A stretch of 64,000 nt of DNA from an uncultured Eubacteriales bacterium (lineage in GTDB: Bacteria; Actinomycetota; Coriobacteriia; Anaerosomatales; JAAXUF01), in contig CAZFRE010000001.1 of the NCBI GenBank assembly GCA_964521195.1, forward strand, positions 334,317 to 398,316, in the 5' to 3' direction. Positions 9,628 to 18,840 of this stretch are shown here, in pieces; position 1 is the first letter of the stretch; each line of letters opens with the position of its first letter. The translations under genes were made by a program, and so were the position numbers. Below the pieces are notes generated by a model. That model was not told where the DNA came from. It did not search any database and was given only the letters and a program-made list of their open reading frames with translations.

Positions 9628-10488
9628 ATGGGATGCACGCGAGGGCACGCACCGGAAGCGCGCAGTGCGCTGCGCGCGCTTGGCGCGGCCGTCGCCGGGT
9701 CTGCGCTGGTCGTCGCGGTGTTTGCGGCGACGCTGATGGCACTTCCCGTGACCGCCTCGGCGTTGACCGCGCCCGCCGCCGAGCCCACCGGCAGTGTCGA
9801 GCCCACCGGCACCACCGAGCCCACCGGCAGTGTCGAGCCGACGACCGTAGTGTCGCAGGTCACCACCCGCTCGATCGGGGTCACCGTTCGCGGGCGGCCG
9901 ATCGTGCTCGAACGGTTCGGGTCGGGTTCGCGGCACATCCTCATCGTAGGGGGCCTCCACGGCGACGAGGCCGGCGGGCTACTCGGCGCGCGGTTCAAGG
10001 CGTACCTGCGGTCGCACCCCTCCGCCATTCCCACGGACACGGTCGTCGACGTCATCGCATACGCGAATCCGGACGGCCGGGCTCTCAAGCGCCGAACGAA
10101 CGCGCGCCGGGTCGATCTCAATCGCAACTTCCCGGCGAGCAACTGGACCCGCAAGCACCCGCGCGGCACCCCATCGCACGGCAAGAAGGCCGCCTCCGAG
10201 CCCGAGACCCGCGCGCTGGTCAGGCTGCTGGCCGACGAGAAGTACCTGCGCGTCATCACCCTGCATTCGCGCGGCGGATTCATCGACCCGGACGGCGCCG
10301 GCAGTCGTGCGCTCGCCAAACGCATGGCGCGCGCCGCTCATATCCGAGTGGTCAACCTGCCCGCGTACAACGGCTCGATGGGCAGCTACGTTCCCGAGAA
10401 GCACCGCATCCCGATCGTGACCTGGGAGTTGTCGAGCCGCACGCTCACCAAGCGCGTGCGCAACGGGCTGCTCGCGGGCCTGCGGTAG
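9628..10488 (+). CDS. M14-family zinc carboxypeptidase / murein peptide amidase-like
   Basis: Signal peptide. ILIVGGLHGDEAGG (HxxE zinc site), NPDG, VDLNRNFP, SEPET..L. Confidence 0.75.
   Translation: MGCTRGHAPEARSALRALGAAVAGSALVVAVFAATLMALPVTASALTAPAAEPTGSVEPTGTTEPTGSVEPTTVVSQVTTRSIGVTVRGRPIVLERFGSGSRHILIVGGLHGDEAGGLLGARFKAYLRSHPSAIPTDTVVDVIAYANPDGRALKRRTNARRVDLNRNFPASNWTRKHPRGTPSHGKKAASEPETRALVRLLADEKYLRVITLHSRGGFIDPDGAGSRALAKRMARAAHIRVVNLPAYNGSMGSYVPEKHRIPIVTWELSSRTLTKRVRNGLLAGLR
9781..9852 (+). repeat. 18-bp in-frame tandem repeat (3.5-4 copies) encoding an EPTG(SV/TT) linker
   Basis: gagcccaccggcagtgtc / gagcccaccggcaccacc / gagcccaccggcagtgtc / gagccgacgaccgtagtg, read directly. It lies inside the M14 peptidase just after the signal peptide. 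Confidence 0.9.
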
Positions 10489-10503
10489 TCGGGAGGCCAG
10501 TGC

Positions 10504-12309
10504 ATGCCAGTGCGCACCATCCGCGTCGACTGCGCCGCCGAGCAGACCGTCTTCGAGGGCTGGGGGACGTCGCTTGCGTGGTGGGCGAACGCGGTGGGAC
10601 GTTGGCCCGCCGAGCAGCGCGCGCCGCTTCTGCGCCGACTCTTCACGCTTGATGCCGGCGGCCTCGGGCTCACGATCGCGCGCTTCAATGCGGGCGGCGG
10701 CGAGCGGCCGGGCACCCAGACGACGATGATGCCGCGTGCGGTCATGGACGGCTACCGGTCGCGGCCGGGCGCGCCGTTCGACGAGACCGCCGACCCTGGT
10801 CAGCGCGCCGTGCTGCGCGAGGCCGCAGCGCTCGCCTCGGCGTCGGGTGACGAGCTCGTGGTGGAGCTGTTCGGCAACTCGCCTCCATGGTGGATGACGC
10901 GCTCGGGCAGCGTGACCGGCGACTCGCTCATCGGCCGAATCCCCGCACCCAATCTCGCTCCCTCGTTCGAGCGCGACTACCTCGCCTACCTTGCCGAGGT
11001 CGCGTCGTTCGTCGAGCGCGACGCCGGCGTACGCGTGGAGTCGATCTCGCCGGTCAACGAACCGACGTCACAGGCGTGGGCGCTCGGCGGGCGGCAGGAG
11101 GGCTGCACGTATTCGCTGCGCGGTATCGACCGGCTGCTCTCGCGCTACGCCGAGGAGCCCGCGCTCGCTGGCGGCCACGTGGTCGCGGGTACCGAGGAGT
11201 GGGGGCTGCACGAGGCGGTGCGTACGTTCGACGCACTCGGCTCCGTCGCTCGCGGCGTCCTCGGGCGGCTCAACACGCACACGTACCGCGGCGCTTCGCG
11301 CTCGGCGGTTCGGGCTCGCGCGGTGCGTGCCGGTCTCTCTCTGTGGCTGTCGGAGTTCGGCGAGGGCGGCCCTTGCGGCTACGAACTCGCGCTCGCCATC
11401 GTGCGCGACCTGCGGGAGCTCGCACCGAGCGCGTGGGTGCTCTGGCAAGCCGTCTCGCCCGACGACTGGGGACTCTATCGCCTCACGCACGGCGGCTCGC
11501 GCGCCGAGGTCGCACCCAAGTTCGAGGTCTTCTCGCGGTTCACGCGCTCGATCCGCCCGGGCATGCGCCTGCTGGGCACCGACGACCCGCATTCGGTCGC
11601 CGCGCGCGGCGGCGGGCGGCTTGCCGCGGTCCTCCTCGGCAGCCTCACCGCCGAGGAGGACGTGCACCTCGACTTTGGCGCTCCTGCGGCCGGTGCAGGC
11701 GTACCCGCCGTGGTCACGGTCGCATCCGCGCTCTGCGGTGGGCTGCCGGAGCGTTTCGAGGTGCACGCCGGCGACGGGACCGTGCGGTTCTCGTTACCGC
11801 GGGGAGCCATCGCGTCGGTGGAGCTCGCCGCCGCCGACCCGTCCGCCGCCGAGCAGGGCTATCGCGGCTGCGGCACGTGGCGGCTCGTGCACGGGTCGGG
11901 GCAGCAGCTCGGTCTCGCGGTCGCGGGCGATGCCGAGTTGCGAGCAGGCGTGCGCGCGATCGGTGTCGCTCCGGACGATCGTGCCGCCGTGCAGCGCTGG
12001 CGTGCCGAACCATGTGGCGGTGGCGACGTGCGATGGGTGTGCGAGGCCTCCGGCTGCCAGCTCGACGTGGCGTACGCATCGCGTCGCCACGGGGCGCCGG
12101 TAGTGCAGTGGCGTGCCCGACTCGCCGAGAAGACCCCGCTGCATTGCCGCTTCGCCGTGCGCGAGGTCGGCGACGGCGCCTTCGAGCTGATCGCGCGCCA
12201 CAGCGGCCTCGCGCTCGCGCTGGACGGTGCCGGTAGAGCGGTGACGCAGCGGCCCGGTGACGCGGCCACGCGGTGGCGTCTCGTTCGCGCGACCGGGGCG
12301 CGATTGTAG
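10504..12309 (+). CDS. glycoside hydrolase family 30-like enzyme with C-terminal ricin-B lectin domain
   Basis: N-terminal Q.FEGWGTSLAWWAN pattern typical of GH30/O-glycosyl hydrolases. C-terminal region has QxW-like repeats (VQRW, VVQW, TRW). GGAGG lies upstream of the ATG. No signal peptide is visible. Confidence 0.65.
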   Translation: MPVRTIRVDCAAEQTVFEGWGTSLAWWANAVGRWPAEQRAPLLRRLFTLDAGGLGLTIARFNAGGGERPGTQTTMMPRAVMDGYRSRPGAPFDETADPGQRAVLREAAALASASGDELVVELFGNSPPWWMTRSGSVTGDSLIGRIPAPNLAPSFERDYLAYLAEVASFVERDAGVRVESISPVNEPTSQAWALGGRQEGCTYSLRGIDRLLSRYAEEPALAGGHVVAGTEEWGLHEAVRTFDALGSVARGVLGRLNTHTYRGASRSAVRARAVRAGLSLWLSEFGEGGPCGYELALAIVRDLRELAPSAWVLWQAVSPDDWGLYRLTHGGSRAEVAPKFEVFSRFTRSIRPGMRLLGTDDPHSVAARGGGRLAAVLLGSLTAEEDVHLDFGAPAAGAGVPAVVTVASALCGGLPERFEVHAGDGTVRFSLPRGAIASVELAAADPSAAEQGYRGCGTWRLVHGSGQQLGLAVAGDAELRAGVRAIGVAPDDRAAVQRWRAEPCGGGDVRWVCEASGCQLDVAYASRRHGAPVVQWRARLAEKTPLHCRFAVREVGDGAFELIARHSGLALALDGAGRAVTQRPGDAATRWRLVRATGARL

Positions 12310-12326
12310 GAGAATGACGCGAGTCG

Positions 12327-13799
12327 GTGCTGCGAAGGGGAGGTTCGTTGGCTGGAGCTGAGTGGCAGGCGGTCGCGCTGATCGTCGTCGACATCGCGAT
12401 CGTCATCTACTGGATCATCGTGTCGGTGCTCATCATCTCGCAGGACCGAGACCCCAACGCCACGCTCGCGTGGCTGCTCATCCTGTTCGCAGTGCCGTTC
12501 TTGGGGCTCGTCATCTACTTCCTGTTCGGCCGCAACTGGGCCCACAACATCCAGAACTCGCCGGCGACACGCCGGCTGCACGACGAGATCGACCGCTTCA
12601 TGCCCACGGTGTACCAGCCGTTCGCCGAGGCCTCGCGTGAGTTCCAGTCCGAGGCCTCGCCACAGGTCTTGCGCATCGCCAATCTCGGCGGTGTGGCGCA
12701 AGGTGCACCCGTACTGCCGGTGCGCACGTTCGAGCTGTTCGGATCGGGGGAGGAGTACTTCGATGTGCTGCTCGCCGATCTTGCCTCGGCGAAGCGGTTC
12801 GTCCACATGGCGTACTTCATCTGGGAGGCCGACGAGCTCACGGCTCGGATCACGGAGGTGCTGCTCGACCGCCTCGCGGCCGGTGTCGAGGTGCGGATCG
12901 CCAACGACGTGTACGGAAGCCTTCGCTACTCCAAAGCCGAGATGCGGGCGATGAGCCGCGCCGGCGCGCACATCGGGTTCGACCGCAGCCAACTCGCACG
13001 CGTGAACTATCGCAACCACCGCAAGATCACCGTGGTCGACGGGGAGATCGGGCACACGGGCGGATTCAACGTCGGCCAGGAGTACATCGACGGTGGCAAG
13101 CGGTTCCCGGCGTGGCGCGACACCGGCGTGCGCATCACGGGCCCGGCGGTCGCCGAACTCGAGAAGCTCTTCGGCATGCGGTGGTTTCGCACGACGGGCC
13201 AGAGCCTGTTCAGGCAGGAGTATTACCCCGACCCGTCGCTTGCGCACGGCGACGTGATGGTGCAGTCCGTGCACCAGGGCTACGACGAGGCGTGGGATCC
13301 GATCACGCGCGGCTACCAGCTGGCGATCTCGGGCGCGCAGGAGCGCATCATGATCCAGTCGCCCTACTTCATCCCTGATGCGACCACCCTCGACGTGCTC
13401 ATCAACGCGGCCGCGGGTGGCGTGCGTGTCGACTTCATGACGACGAGTTGGCTCGACAAGAAGCTGCCGTGGTACGCCGCCGAGTCCTACTTCGAGCCCC
13501 TGCTCGTGGCCGGCGCACGCGTGTGGCAGTGGCAAGACGGGTTCTTCCACGCCAAGTCGCTCACCGTCGACGGTGAGATGACCGCGGCCGGCACGATGAA
13601 CACCGACCTGCGCAGCTTCCGTATCAACAAGGAGAACATGGTATGGGCGTTCGACCGCGACGCCGCGGCGCGGGCCACCGCCATGTTCGAGGCCGATCTC
13701 GAGCGGTGCCGGGAGCTGACGCTCGATGAGGTACGCGAGTGGTCGCGGTTCCGCCGCTTCCGCAACTCGACGGCGCGGCTGCTCTCGAACCTGATGTAG
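12327..13799 (+). CDS. cls: cardiolipin synthase
   Basis: Two N-terminal TM helices plus two PLD HKD motifs: HRKITVVDGEIGHTGGFNVG and HAKSLTVDGEMTAAGTMN. Confidence 0.9.
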   Translation: MLRRGGSLAGAEWQAVALIVVDIAIVIYWIIVSVLIISQDRDPNATLAWLLILFAVPFLGLVIYFLFGRNWAHNIQNSPATRRLHDEIDRFMPTVYQPFAEASREFQSEASPQVLRIANLGGVAQGAPVLPVRTFELFGSGEEYFDVLLADLASAKRFVHMAYFIWEADELTARITEVLLDRLAAGVEVRIANDVYGSLRYSKAEMRAMSRAGAHIGFDRSQLARVNYRNHRKITVVDGEIGHTGGFNVGQEYIDGGKRFPAWRDTGVRITGPAVAELEKLFGMRWFRTTGQSLFRQEYYPDPSLAHGDVMVQSVHQGYDEAWDPITRGYQLAISGAQERIMIQSPYFIPDATTLDVLINAAAGGVRVDFMTTSWLDKKLPWYAAESYFEPLLVAGARVWQWQDGFFHAKSLTVDGEMTAAGTMNTDLRSFRINKENMVWAFDRDAAARATAMFEADLERCRELTLDEVREWSRFRRFRNSTARLLSNLM

Positions 13800-13918
13800 C
13801 GGCTGCGGTTCACCGCATCTCAGCGGCGCCTTCTCATCCGTGAGAGGCGCGCCACGCCTCCACACAATGCCCATTAATGGTCCATAAGAAGTTGGCGTGC
13901 TACTTGCCATACTCGTGA

Positions 13919-15772
13919 GTGTCGGGGCCTGCCTCCCGGCGGATTGGACCAGCAGTGAGCCTCAGGACCAGCAGTCACGCCACAACCCGCGGCGCCGCGG
14001 CAGCCTTCGTGCTGCTCGCGGCCGTTGCGTATGGCGCATCTGCGGTCACGGCAGCCCGCGCCGACAGCCCCCACCTCAGCGCATCGACCGACACCTCCAG
14101 CTGTGCGGCTTGCCACTGGAGCCATGCGGCCACGCACCCCACACTCACGCGCAGTACCGACGCCTCCGACGCCGTCACGCCGACGTGCCTGTCGTGTCAC
14201 AGCGGTGTGGATGATGAGATCTCGAACGTCACGAGTGGCACGGTCGACTCGTTCTCGCTGCCATCCGGGCATTCGATAGATCCCGACTCCGGACTCGACG
14301 CGCATATCGCCGGCTGCGAGACGTGCCACGACATCCACGGGTCCTCGGAAGAGACGCGACGCACTCCTGCGCGGACGATCAACGGGGTCTCGGTCTCCTC
14401 GGCGGACAAGCAGACGTGCGTGGCCTGCCACGCGTCATCTGAAGACTGGTTCGGTGCAGGCTACCCCGCAACCGACAGCCCGACTCGCGACGCGACCGGC
14501 TACCCCGTGGCCGGCACATGGCCCGGTCCGAGCACGTACGAGTCCCAGACCAACGCACACCGTCTGATCCCCGAATCGACACGCACGGTCGGCGTGAGCG
14601 AGCCGATCATGCGCGAGGAGGGCTCCTGCCTCTACTGCCACGCCGCTCACGGCGCAGCCAACGCCTACGACGGCCTCGTGACCACGTACACGGTTCCGAG
14701 TACCGCCACGCTCGAGGCGGACCGCACGGATGGTGACTACGCGGCCGTGTGCTTCGAGTGCCACGGCGGCTCCACGCCGGCGGGCTTCGATGACCGGCCC
14801 GTCGATATCAAGCAGTTCGCGACGGTATCCGGCGCAGGCGGCCACTCGATCGTCACGAGCGGTGGGGCACTACCGGTCGGCGCGCAGCTGCCGTGCTTCG
14901 AGTGCCACAACCCGCACGGCTCGACGCGTGGCAATGCGGCCAACATCTCCGATGAACTCGGCGGCTCCCTGGCGACCACGAGCGCTGCCGGCGTCCGTGC
15001 GTTCTGCTTCACCTGCCACACCACGAGCGACACGGTGGCCGGGTGGAGCAGCACCGACGAGACGTACACCCCGGTGGTGTGGAGCGACGAGGTCGTGGGA
15101 TTGCCGCGTGAGGGTGCACTGCTGAACCTGCCGGACACGGCGGGGCACAGCCAGGAAGACACCGCGTCGTGCTACGAGTGCCACGGTGACGACTACAACG
15201 AGGATGGCAACAACGTTCACAACCCGGCCGACCCGCACGCCGGCCGGTTCGCCATCGCGGCGCCGCTCGGCGAGAGCATGCTGACGACCCCGACAGTCGA
15301 GGCGACTTCGAGTGTCGACGCATCCGCATCGCTGGATGCCAGCGCGAGCCTCGTGGCGACCGGCAGCATCGTGGCGACCGGCACCGTCGTCGTGCCCGAT
15401 GCCGGCGTGCCGAGCGAACCGTCATCCGGCGTAGCGGCGGCCGACCTCATCGCGCCACTGACCGCCTCCGACGCGGTCGCCACCTACAGCGTCACTGCGA
15501 CGATCACGTTGACTGCGGCCGATGACGCCGGCGGGAGCGGGGTCGCCGAGACGTTCTGGTCGCTCGACGGCGGTGAGCTCTGCACCGGCACGGTCGTCGC
15601 GACGTCGACGCCGGGCACCCACACGCTCACGTTCTGGTCGGTGGATGTGGCGGGCAACGCCGAGCCGGCCAACACCGTCGACTTCACGGTCGAAGACGCC
15701 CTGACGTACTCGGCGATGCCTGCGCTGATCGCCCGGCGCGGCTGGGTGATCGGCGAGCGCTCGGGCAGCTAG
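13919..15772 (+). CDS. exported multihaem c-type cytochrome (9 CxxCH) with C-terminal Ig-like surface domain
   Basis: Signal peptide ...AAVAYGASAVTAARA. CxxCH motifs: CAACH, CLSCH, CETCH, CVACH, CLYCH, CFECH, CFECH, CFTCH, CYECH; several appear as CxxCHxxHG. The C-terminus has ...DDAGGSGVAETFWSLDGG...GTHTLTFWSVDVAGNAE. The GTG start is uncertain. Confidence 0.75.
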   Translation: MSGPASRRIGPAVSLRTSSHATTRGAAAAFVLLAAVAYGASAVTAARADSPHLSASTDTSSCAACHWSHAATHPTLTRSTDASDAVTPTCLSCHSGVDDEISNVTSGTVDSFSLPSGHSIDPDSGLDAHIAGCETCHDIHGSSEETRRTPARTINGVSVSSADKQTCVACHASSEDWFGAGYPATDSPTRDATGYPVAGTWPGPSTYESQTNAHRLIPESTRTVGVSEPIMREEGSCLYCHAAHGAANAYDGLVTTYTVPSTATLEADRTDGDYAAVCFECHGGSTPAGFDDRPVDIKQFATVSGAGGHSIVTSGGALPVGAQLPCFECHNPHGSTRGNAANISDELGGSLATTSAAGVRAFCFTCHTTSDTVAGWSSTDETYTPVVWSDEVVGLPREGALLNLPDTAGHSQEDTASCYECHGDDYNEDGNNVHNPADPHAGRFAIAAPLGESMLTTPTVEATSSVDASASLDASASLVATGSIVATGTVVVPDAGVPSEPSSGVAAADLIAPLTASDAVATYSVTATITLTAADDAGGSGVAETFWSLDGGELCTGTVVATSTPGTHTLTFWSVDVAGNAEPANTVDFTVEDALTYSAMPALIARRGWVIGERSGS

Positions 15773-15778
15773 CGCGTC

Positions 15779-17269
15779 TCACTCGCGCTCCCACTTCATC
15801 GATCGCCTGACCGCCTCGCTCCACAGCACGCGCAGCGCCTCCATCCGAGCGACCTCGTCGGGCTGCGCCGGGTAGGTCTGCGCGACCGCTCGGAGGAGCG
15901 GGAGGTCGTCGGGTCCTGCGAACACGCCAACCGCGAGTCCTGCCAGGTAGGCGGCGCCGAGCGCGGTCGACTCGGCGAGTTGCGCGACTTCGACGGGGCG
16001 GTCGAGTACGTTGGCGAGCGTCTGCATGACAAGCGAGTTCACCGTGACGCCGCCGTCGGCGCGCACGGATTCCAGGTTGTGGCCGGCGTCTGTCTCCATC
16101 GCCACCATGAGGTCGCCCACCTGCAGCGGGATCGCCTCCATCGCCGCGCGTGCGATGTGCGCGTCGGTGGCGCCGCGCGTCAGACCGAAGATCGCGCCAC
16201 GCGCGAGCGGGTCCCACTCAGGAGCGCCGAGCCCCGTGAGCGCGGGCACGAATACGACGCCGTTACTGTCCGGCACCGTCTCGGCGAGCGCCTGCGCGGC
16301 GGCGGGGGAGTCGGCGAGCTTGAGGCCTTCGACCACCCACTGCACCACCGCGCCGCCCATGAAGATGGAGCCCTCGAGCGCGTACTCGAGCTCCTCGCCG
16401 ATCTGCGCCGCGACAGTGGCCGCGAGCACTTCCGAGTGTGGGCGGGTGGTTCCGGAGTGCATGAGCGCGAAGATCCCCGTCCCGAACGTCACCTTCGCGT
16501 CGCCCGCCGAGAAGCACCCGTTGCCAACGAGCGCCGCCTGCTGATCGCCCACGATCGATGCGACCGGGATCGCGGCGTCGAACACGCCTGCGGCGGTCGA
16601 ACCGACCACCTGCGACGAGCGCACGACCTCTGGCATGAGCGCCCGCGGTACGCGAAACAGGCCGAGCAGTTCGTCGTCCCACACGCCGCGCTCGATGTCG
16701 AAGAGCAACGTTCGCGACGCGTTCGAGGAGTCGGTGGCGTGCACGGTACCGCCGGTCAGCTGCCACACGAACCAGGTGTCGACCGTCCCGAACGCGAGCT
16801 CGCCCGCCTCGGCCCGCTCGCGCGCACCCTCCACGTTGTCGAGCACCCACGCGATCTTGCTCGCCGAGAAGTACGGGTCGATCGGCAGGCCGGTCTTGGC
16901 GCGAACGCGCGGGCCGACGCCGGTGGCCGCGAGCGCCTCGCACGTCTCGGCGGTTCGCCGGTCCTGCCAGACGATCGCGTTCATGAGCGGCTCGCCGGTC
17001 GCGCGGTCCCACACGATCACGGTCTCGCGCTGGTTCGTCACGCCGAGCCCGGCGATATCGCCCGCCTGCACGCCCGCCTGCACGATGGCGTTGCGAGCGC
17101 ACTCGAGCTGGTTGTTCCACATGAGCACAGCGTCCTGCTCGACCCAGCCAGCCTGGGGAAACACCTGCGGCAGCGGTATCTGCACCTGTGCGAGCTTCCG
17201 GCCCAGGTCATCGAAGACGATCGCCCGGGAGCTGGTCGTACCTTGGTCGAGCGCGAGGATGAACGACAT
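15779..17269 (-). CDS. glpK: glycerol kinase
   Basis: MSFILALDQGTTSSRAIVFD..., GWVEQD, TNQRET..VWD. ORF trimmed to the ATG with AAGGAG upstream. Confidence 0.95.
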   Translation of the reverse strand: MSFILALDQGTTSSRAIVFDDLGRKLAQVQIPLPQVFPQAGWVEQDAVLMWNNQLECARNAIVQAGVQAGDIAGLGVTNQRETVIVWDRATGEPLMNAIVWQDRRTAETCEALAATGVGPRVRAKTGLPIDPYFSASKIAWVLDNVEGARERAEAGELAFGTVDTWFVWQLTGGTVHATDSSNASRTLLFDIERGVWDDELLGLFRVPRALMPEVVRSSQVVGSTAAGVFDAAIPVASIVGDQQAALVGNGCFSAGDAKVTFGTGIFALMHSGTTRPHSEVLAATVAAQIGEELEYALEGSIFMGGAVVQWVVEGLKLADSPAAAQALAETVPDSNGVVFVPALTGLGAPEWDPLARGAIFGLTRGATDAHIARAAMEAIPLQVGDLMVAMETDAGHNLESVRADGGVTVNSLVMQTLANVLDRPVEVAQLAESTALGAAYLAGLAVGVFAGPDDLPLLRAVAQTYPAQPDEVARMEALRVLWSEAVRRSMKWERE

Positions 17270-17424
17270 CGGAGCTCCTTCGGCTGCGCGAAGCGGATAT
17301 GTGGGTGTTGTTCCCGAGCAGGTCGTTCGCGTAGCGATTGTAGTCGTCGAGTCTTGGGAACGAACGACACGGTTCGTTACGAATTTCACGATGTCAGGCG
17401 CGGCGGACTCAGCGGAGGCTCGAA

Positions 17425-17993
17425 TGAAGAAGGGGTTGCGCGCGACGTTGTGGGTGGTGGCCGGGCTGGCGGTGGTCTTCAGCCTGGGTGCCTACAACAA
17501 GTCCATCGGGTCGGGCGAGCGGGGGAGTTTCGTCATGAACTACCCGGCGAGCGGGACCGCAGCAGGCGGCCCCTCGCCTCGGGCGCTGACGGGGCAAGTC
17601 GTCGTCTCGCTTGATGATGCGGGCGCGATCAAGCGCGCGCTCCAGCCGGATGTGATCGAGGTCGCTTCGCATGTCGTGTCCAATGTCGGCGACGTCCCGC
17701 GGCGCATCCGCTTCGAGACGGCAGGGTTCCCCTCCGGGCTCGAGTTGCACTCGCGCGATCGCGCCTGGAACCCCGTGACTCATGAGATCGAACGCGACCT
17801 GCCTCCCGGCTCCTCCGTCGACTTCGGCCTTCTCGTGCGGCTGCCGAGCCCATTGCCCGATCGGGCGGTGGCTGCCAGCGGCACCATTCGGATCGTCGAC
17901 GCGCGATCGGGAGAGCGACTGAGCTCGCTCCCGGTCCAGTTCCGGCGCGAGGGATACCCGGTGCAGGCAGGTGACTGCTGTGCACCTCAGTGA
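17425..17993 (+). CDS. membrane-anchored beta-sandwich protein ending in a CC motif (unknown function)
   Basis: ATG at 17425 with GGAGG 6 nt upstream. N-terminal TM segment LWVVAGLAVVFSL. DUF1573-like beat (HVVSNVGDVPRRIRFE...). The C-terminus is ...AGDCCAPQ. Confidence 0.55.
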
Positions 17994-18840
17994 TGGGGTC
18001 ACCCGTAACCGCCTGCGGCGTCTGGTGGGATTCGCCCTCGGTCTCGTGCTCTTCTACGCCCCGTTCGCGCTGCTGGTCCGGGGCTTCGGGATACTCTTTC
18101 CGAGCACGGCGGCAGGGACTTCGATCTCGGACGTGCACGGAGCGTGCCTTCGGATGCCGCTGGGCTGGCTGGCCCAGCCCTGGATGTGGGGAACACTGGC
18201 GAACAGCCCCGCCTCATGGCTGCCGATCGCCGTCTTGCCGCTGGCAGCCATGGCGGCAGGTCCGCTGTTCTGCGGCTGGTTGTGCCCTGCAGGCGCGCTG
18301 CCCGAGTATCTCGGCCGAGCGGTTCCGGACCGTTTCAAGTTCGACTTCAAAGGTACCGTCGACATCGTCCCGCTGCGGTACGGGTTCCTCGCAGGCATCA
18401 TGCTGGTGCCGTTTGTGGCATCGAGCATCTGCTGCTCGTTCTGCAACTTCAATCAGATGCAGTACCTGGTGGGCGGCGTGTTCGGTGATCTGTCCGGGTT
18501 CGCATACTTCAGTTCTATGGGAGTGCTCGCGGCCGCCGTATGGATCGTCCCCCTCGGCCTGTTCACTCGGGGCGGGCGTGGTTGGTGCCTGTTCCTGTGC
18601 CCGGCCGGCACCGTTCAGGGCCTGGCGTCGAAGCTCACGGCACGGCTCCCGTGGGCTGTGCGCGTGCGGCGTGACCACGGCGCTTGCACGAGTTGCGGCC
18701 AATGCGAGGATGTCTGTCCGATGAGGGCCGCGGATGCGGCTGCGGATTCTGCGCCCGACATCGACGGTCACCTGTGCATCCAATGCCAGGACTGCGTGGC
18801 CACCTGCCCTGCGGGGGCTCTGTCGTACCGGAGGCCCTGA
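17971..18840 (+). CDS. NapH/MauN-type membrane polyferredoxin (4Fe-4S binding protein)
   Basis: Two membrane CxxCP-type motifs (CGWLCPAG, CLFLCPAG) and two ferredoxin motifs (CTSCGQCEDVCP, CIQCQDCVATCP). Overlaps the upstream gene by 23 nt. Confidence 0.8.
   Translation: MTAVHLSDGVTRNRLRRLVGFALGLVLFYAPFALLVRGFGILFPSTAAGTSISDVHGACLRMPLGWLAQPWMWGTLANSPASWLPIAVLPLAAMAAGPLFCGWLCPAGALPEYLGRAVPDRFKFDFKGTVDIVPLRYGFLAGIMLVPFVASSICCSFCNFNQMQYLVGGVFGDLSGFAYFSSMGVLAAAVWIVPLGLFTRGGRGWCLFLCPAGTVQGLASKLTARLPWAVRVRRDHGACTSCGQCEDVCPMRAADAAADSAPDIDGHLCIQCQDCVATCPAGALSYRRP

Noticed and set aside
9781-9852. Short direct repeats considered as a possible CRISPR or minisatellite locus.
   Set aside because: The 18-bp units are contiguous with no spacers, in frame, and inside a coding region. 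They form a coding linker repeat, not a CRISPR array.
11859-13910. A 683-aa ORF on the minus strand. There are many similar long ORFs, for example 177-932, 3239-3964, 9015-10325, 10887-12236, 15980-17614, 19734-21203, 21101-22435, 23010-24065, 23821-24966, 28912-29922, 37525-38919, 47780-49405, 49833-51350 and 52773-53609.
   Set aside because: These are GC-rich shadow ORFs. They are antisense to, or frame-shifted relative to, genes with clear family motifs. Their composition is Arg/Ala/Gly/Pro/His-dominated. They have no ribosome-binding sites and no recognisable domains.
13861-13918. An AT-rich patch with the palindrome CCATTAATGG and a CATACT box just upstream of the cytochrome gene, considered as a promoter or operator (possibly for a leaderless transcript).
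   Set aside because: The -35/-10 spacing does not fit a canonical promoter, and the true start codon is uncertain. It is too weak to report as a feature.
15290-15420. Repetitive SSVDASASLDASASLVATGSIVATGTVV region in the multihaem cytochrome.
   Set aside because: This is a low-complexity Ala/Ser/Thr/Val linker between domains, not a structured DNA repeat of independent significance.
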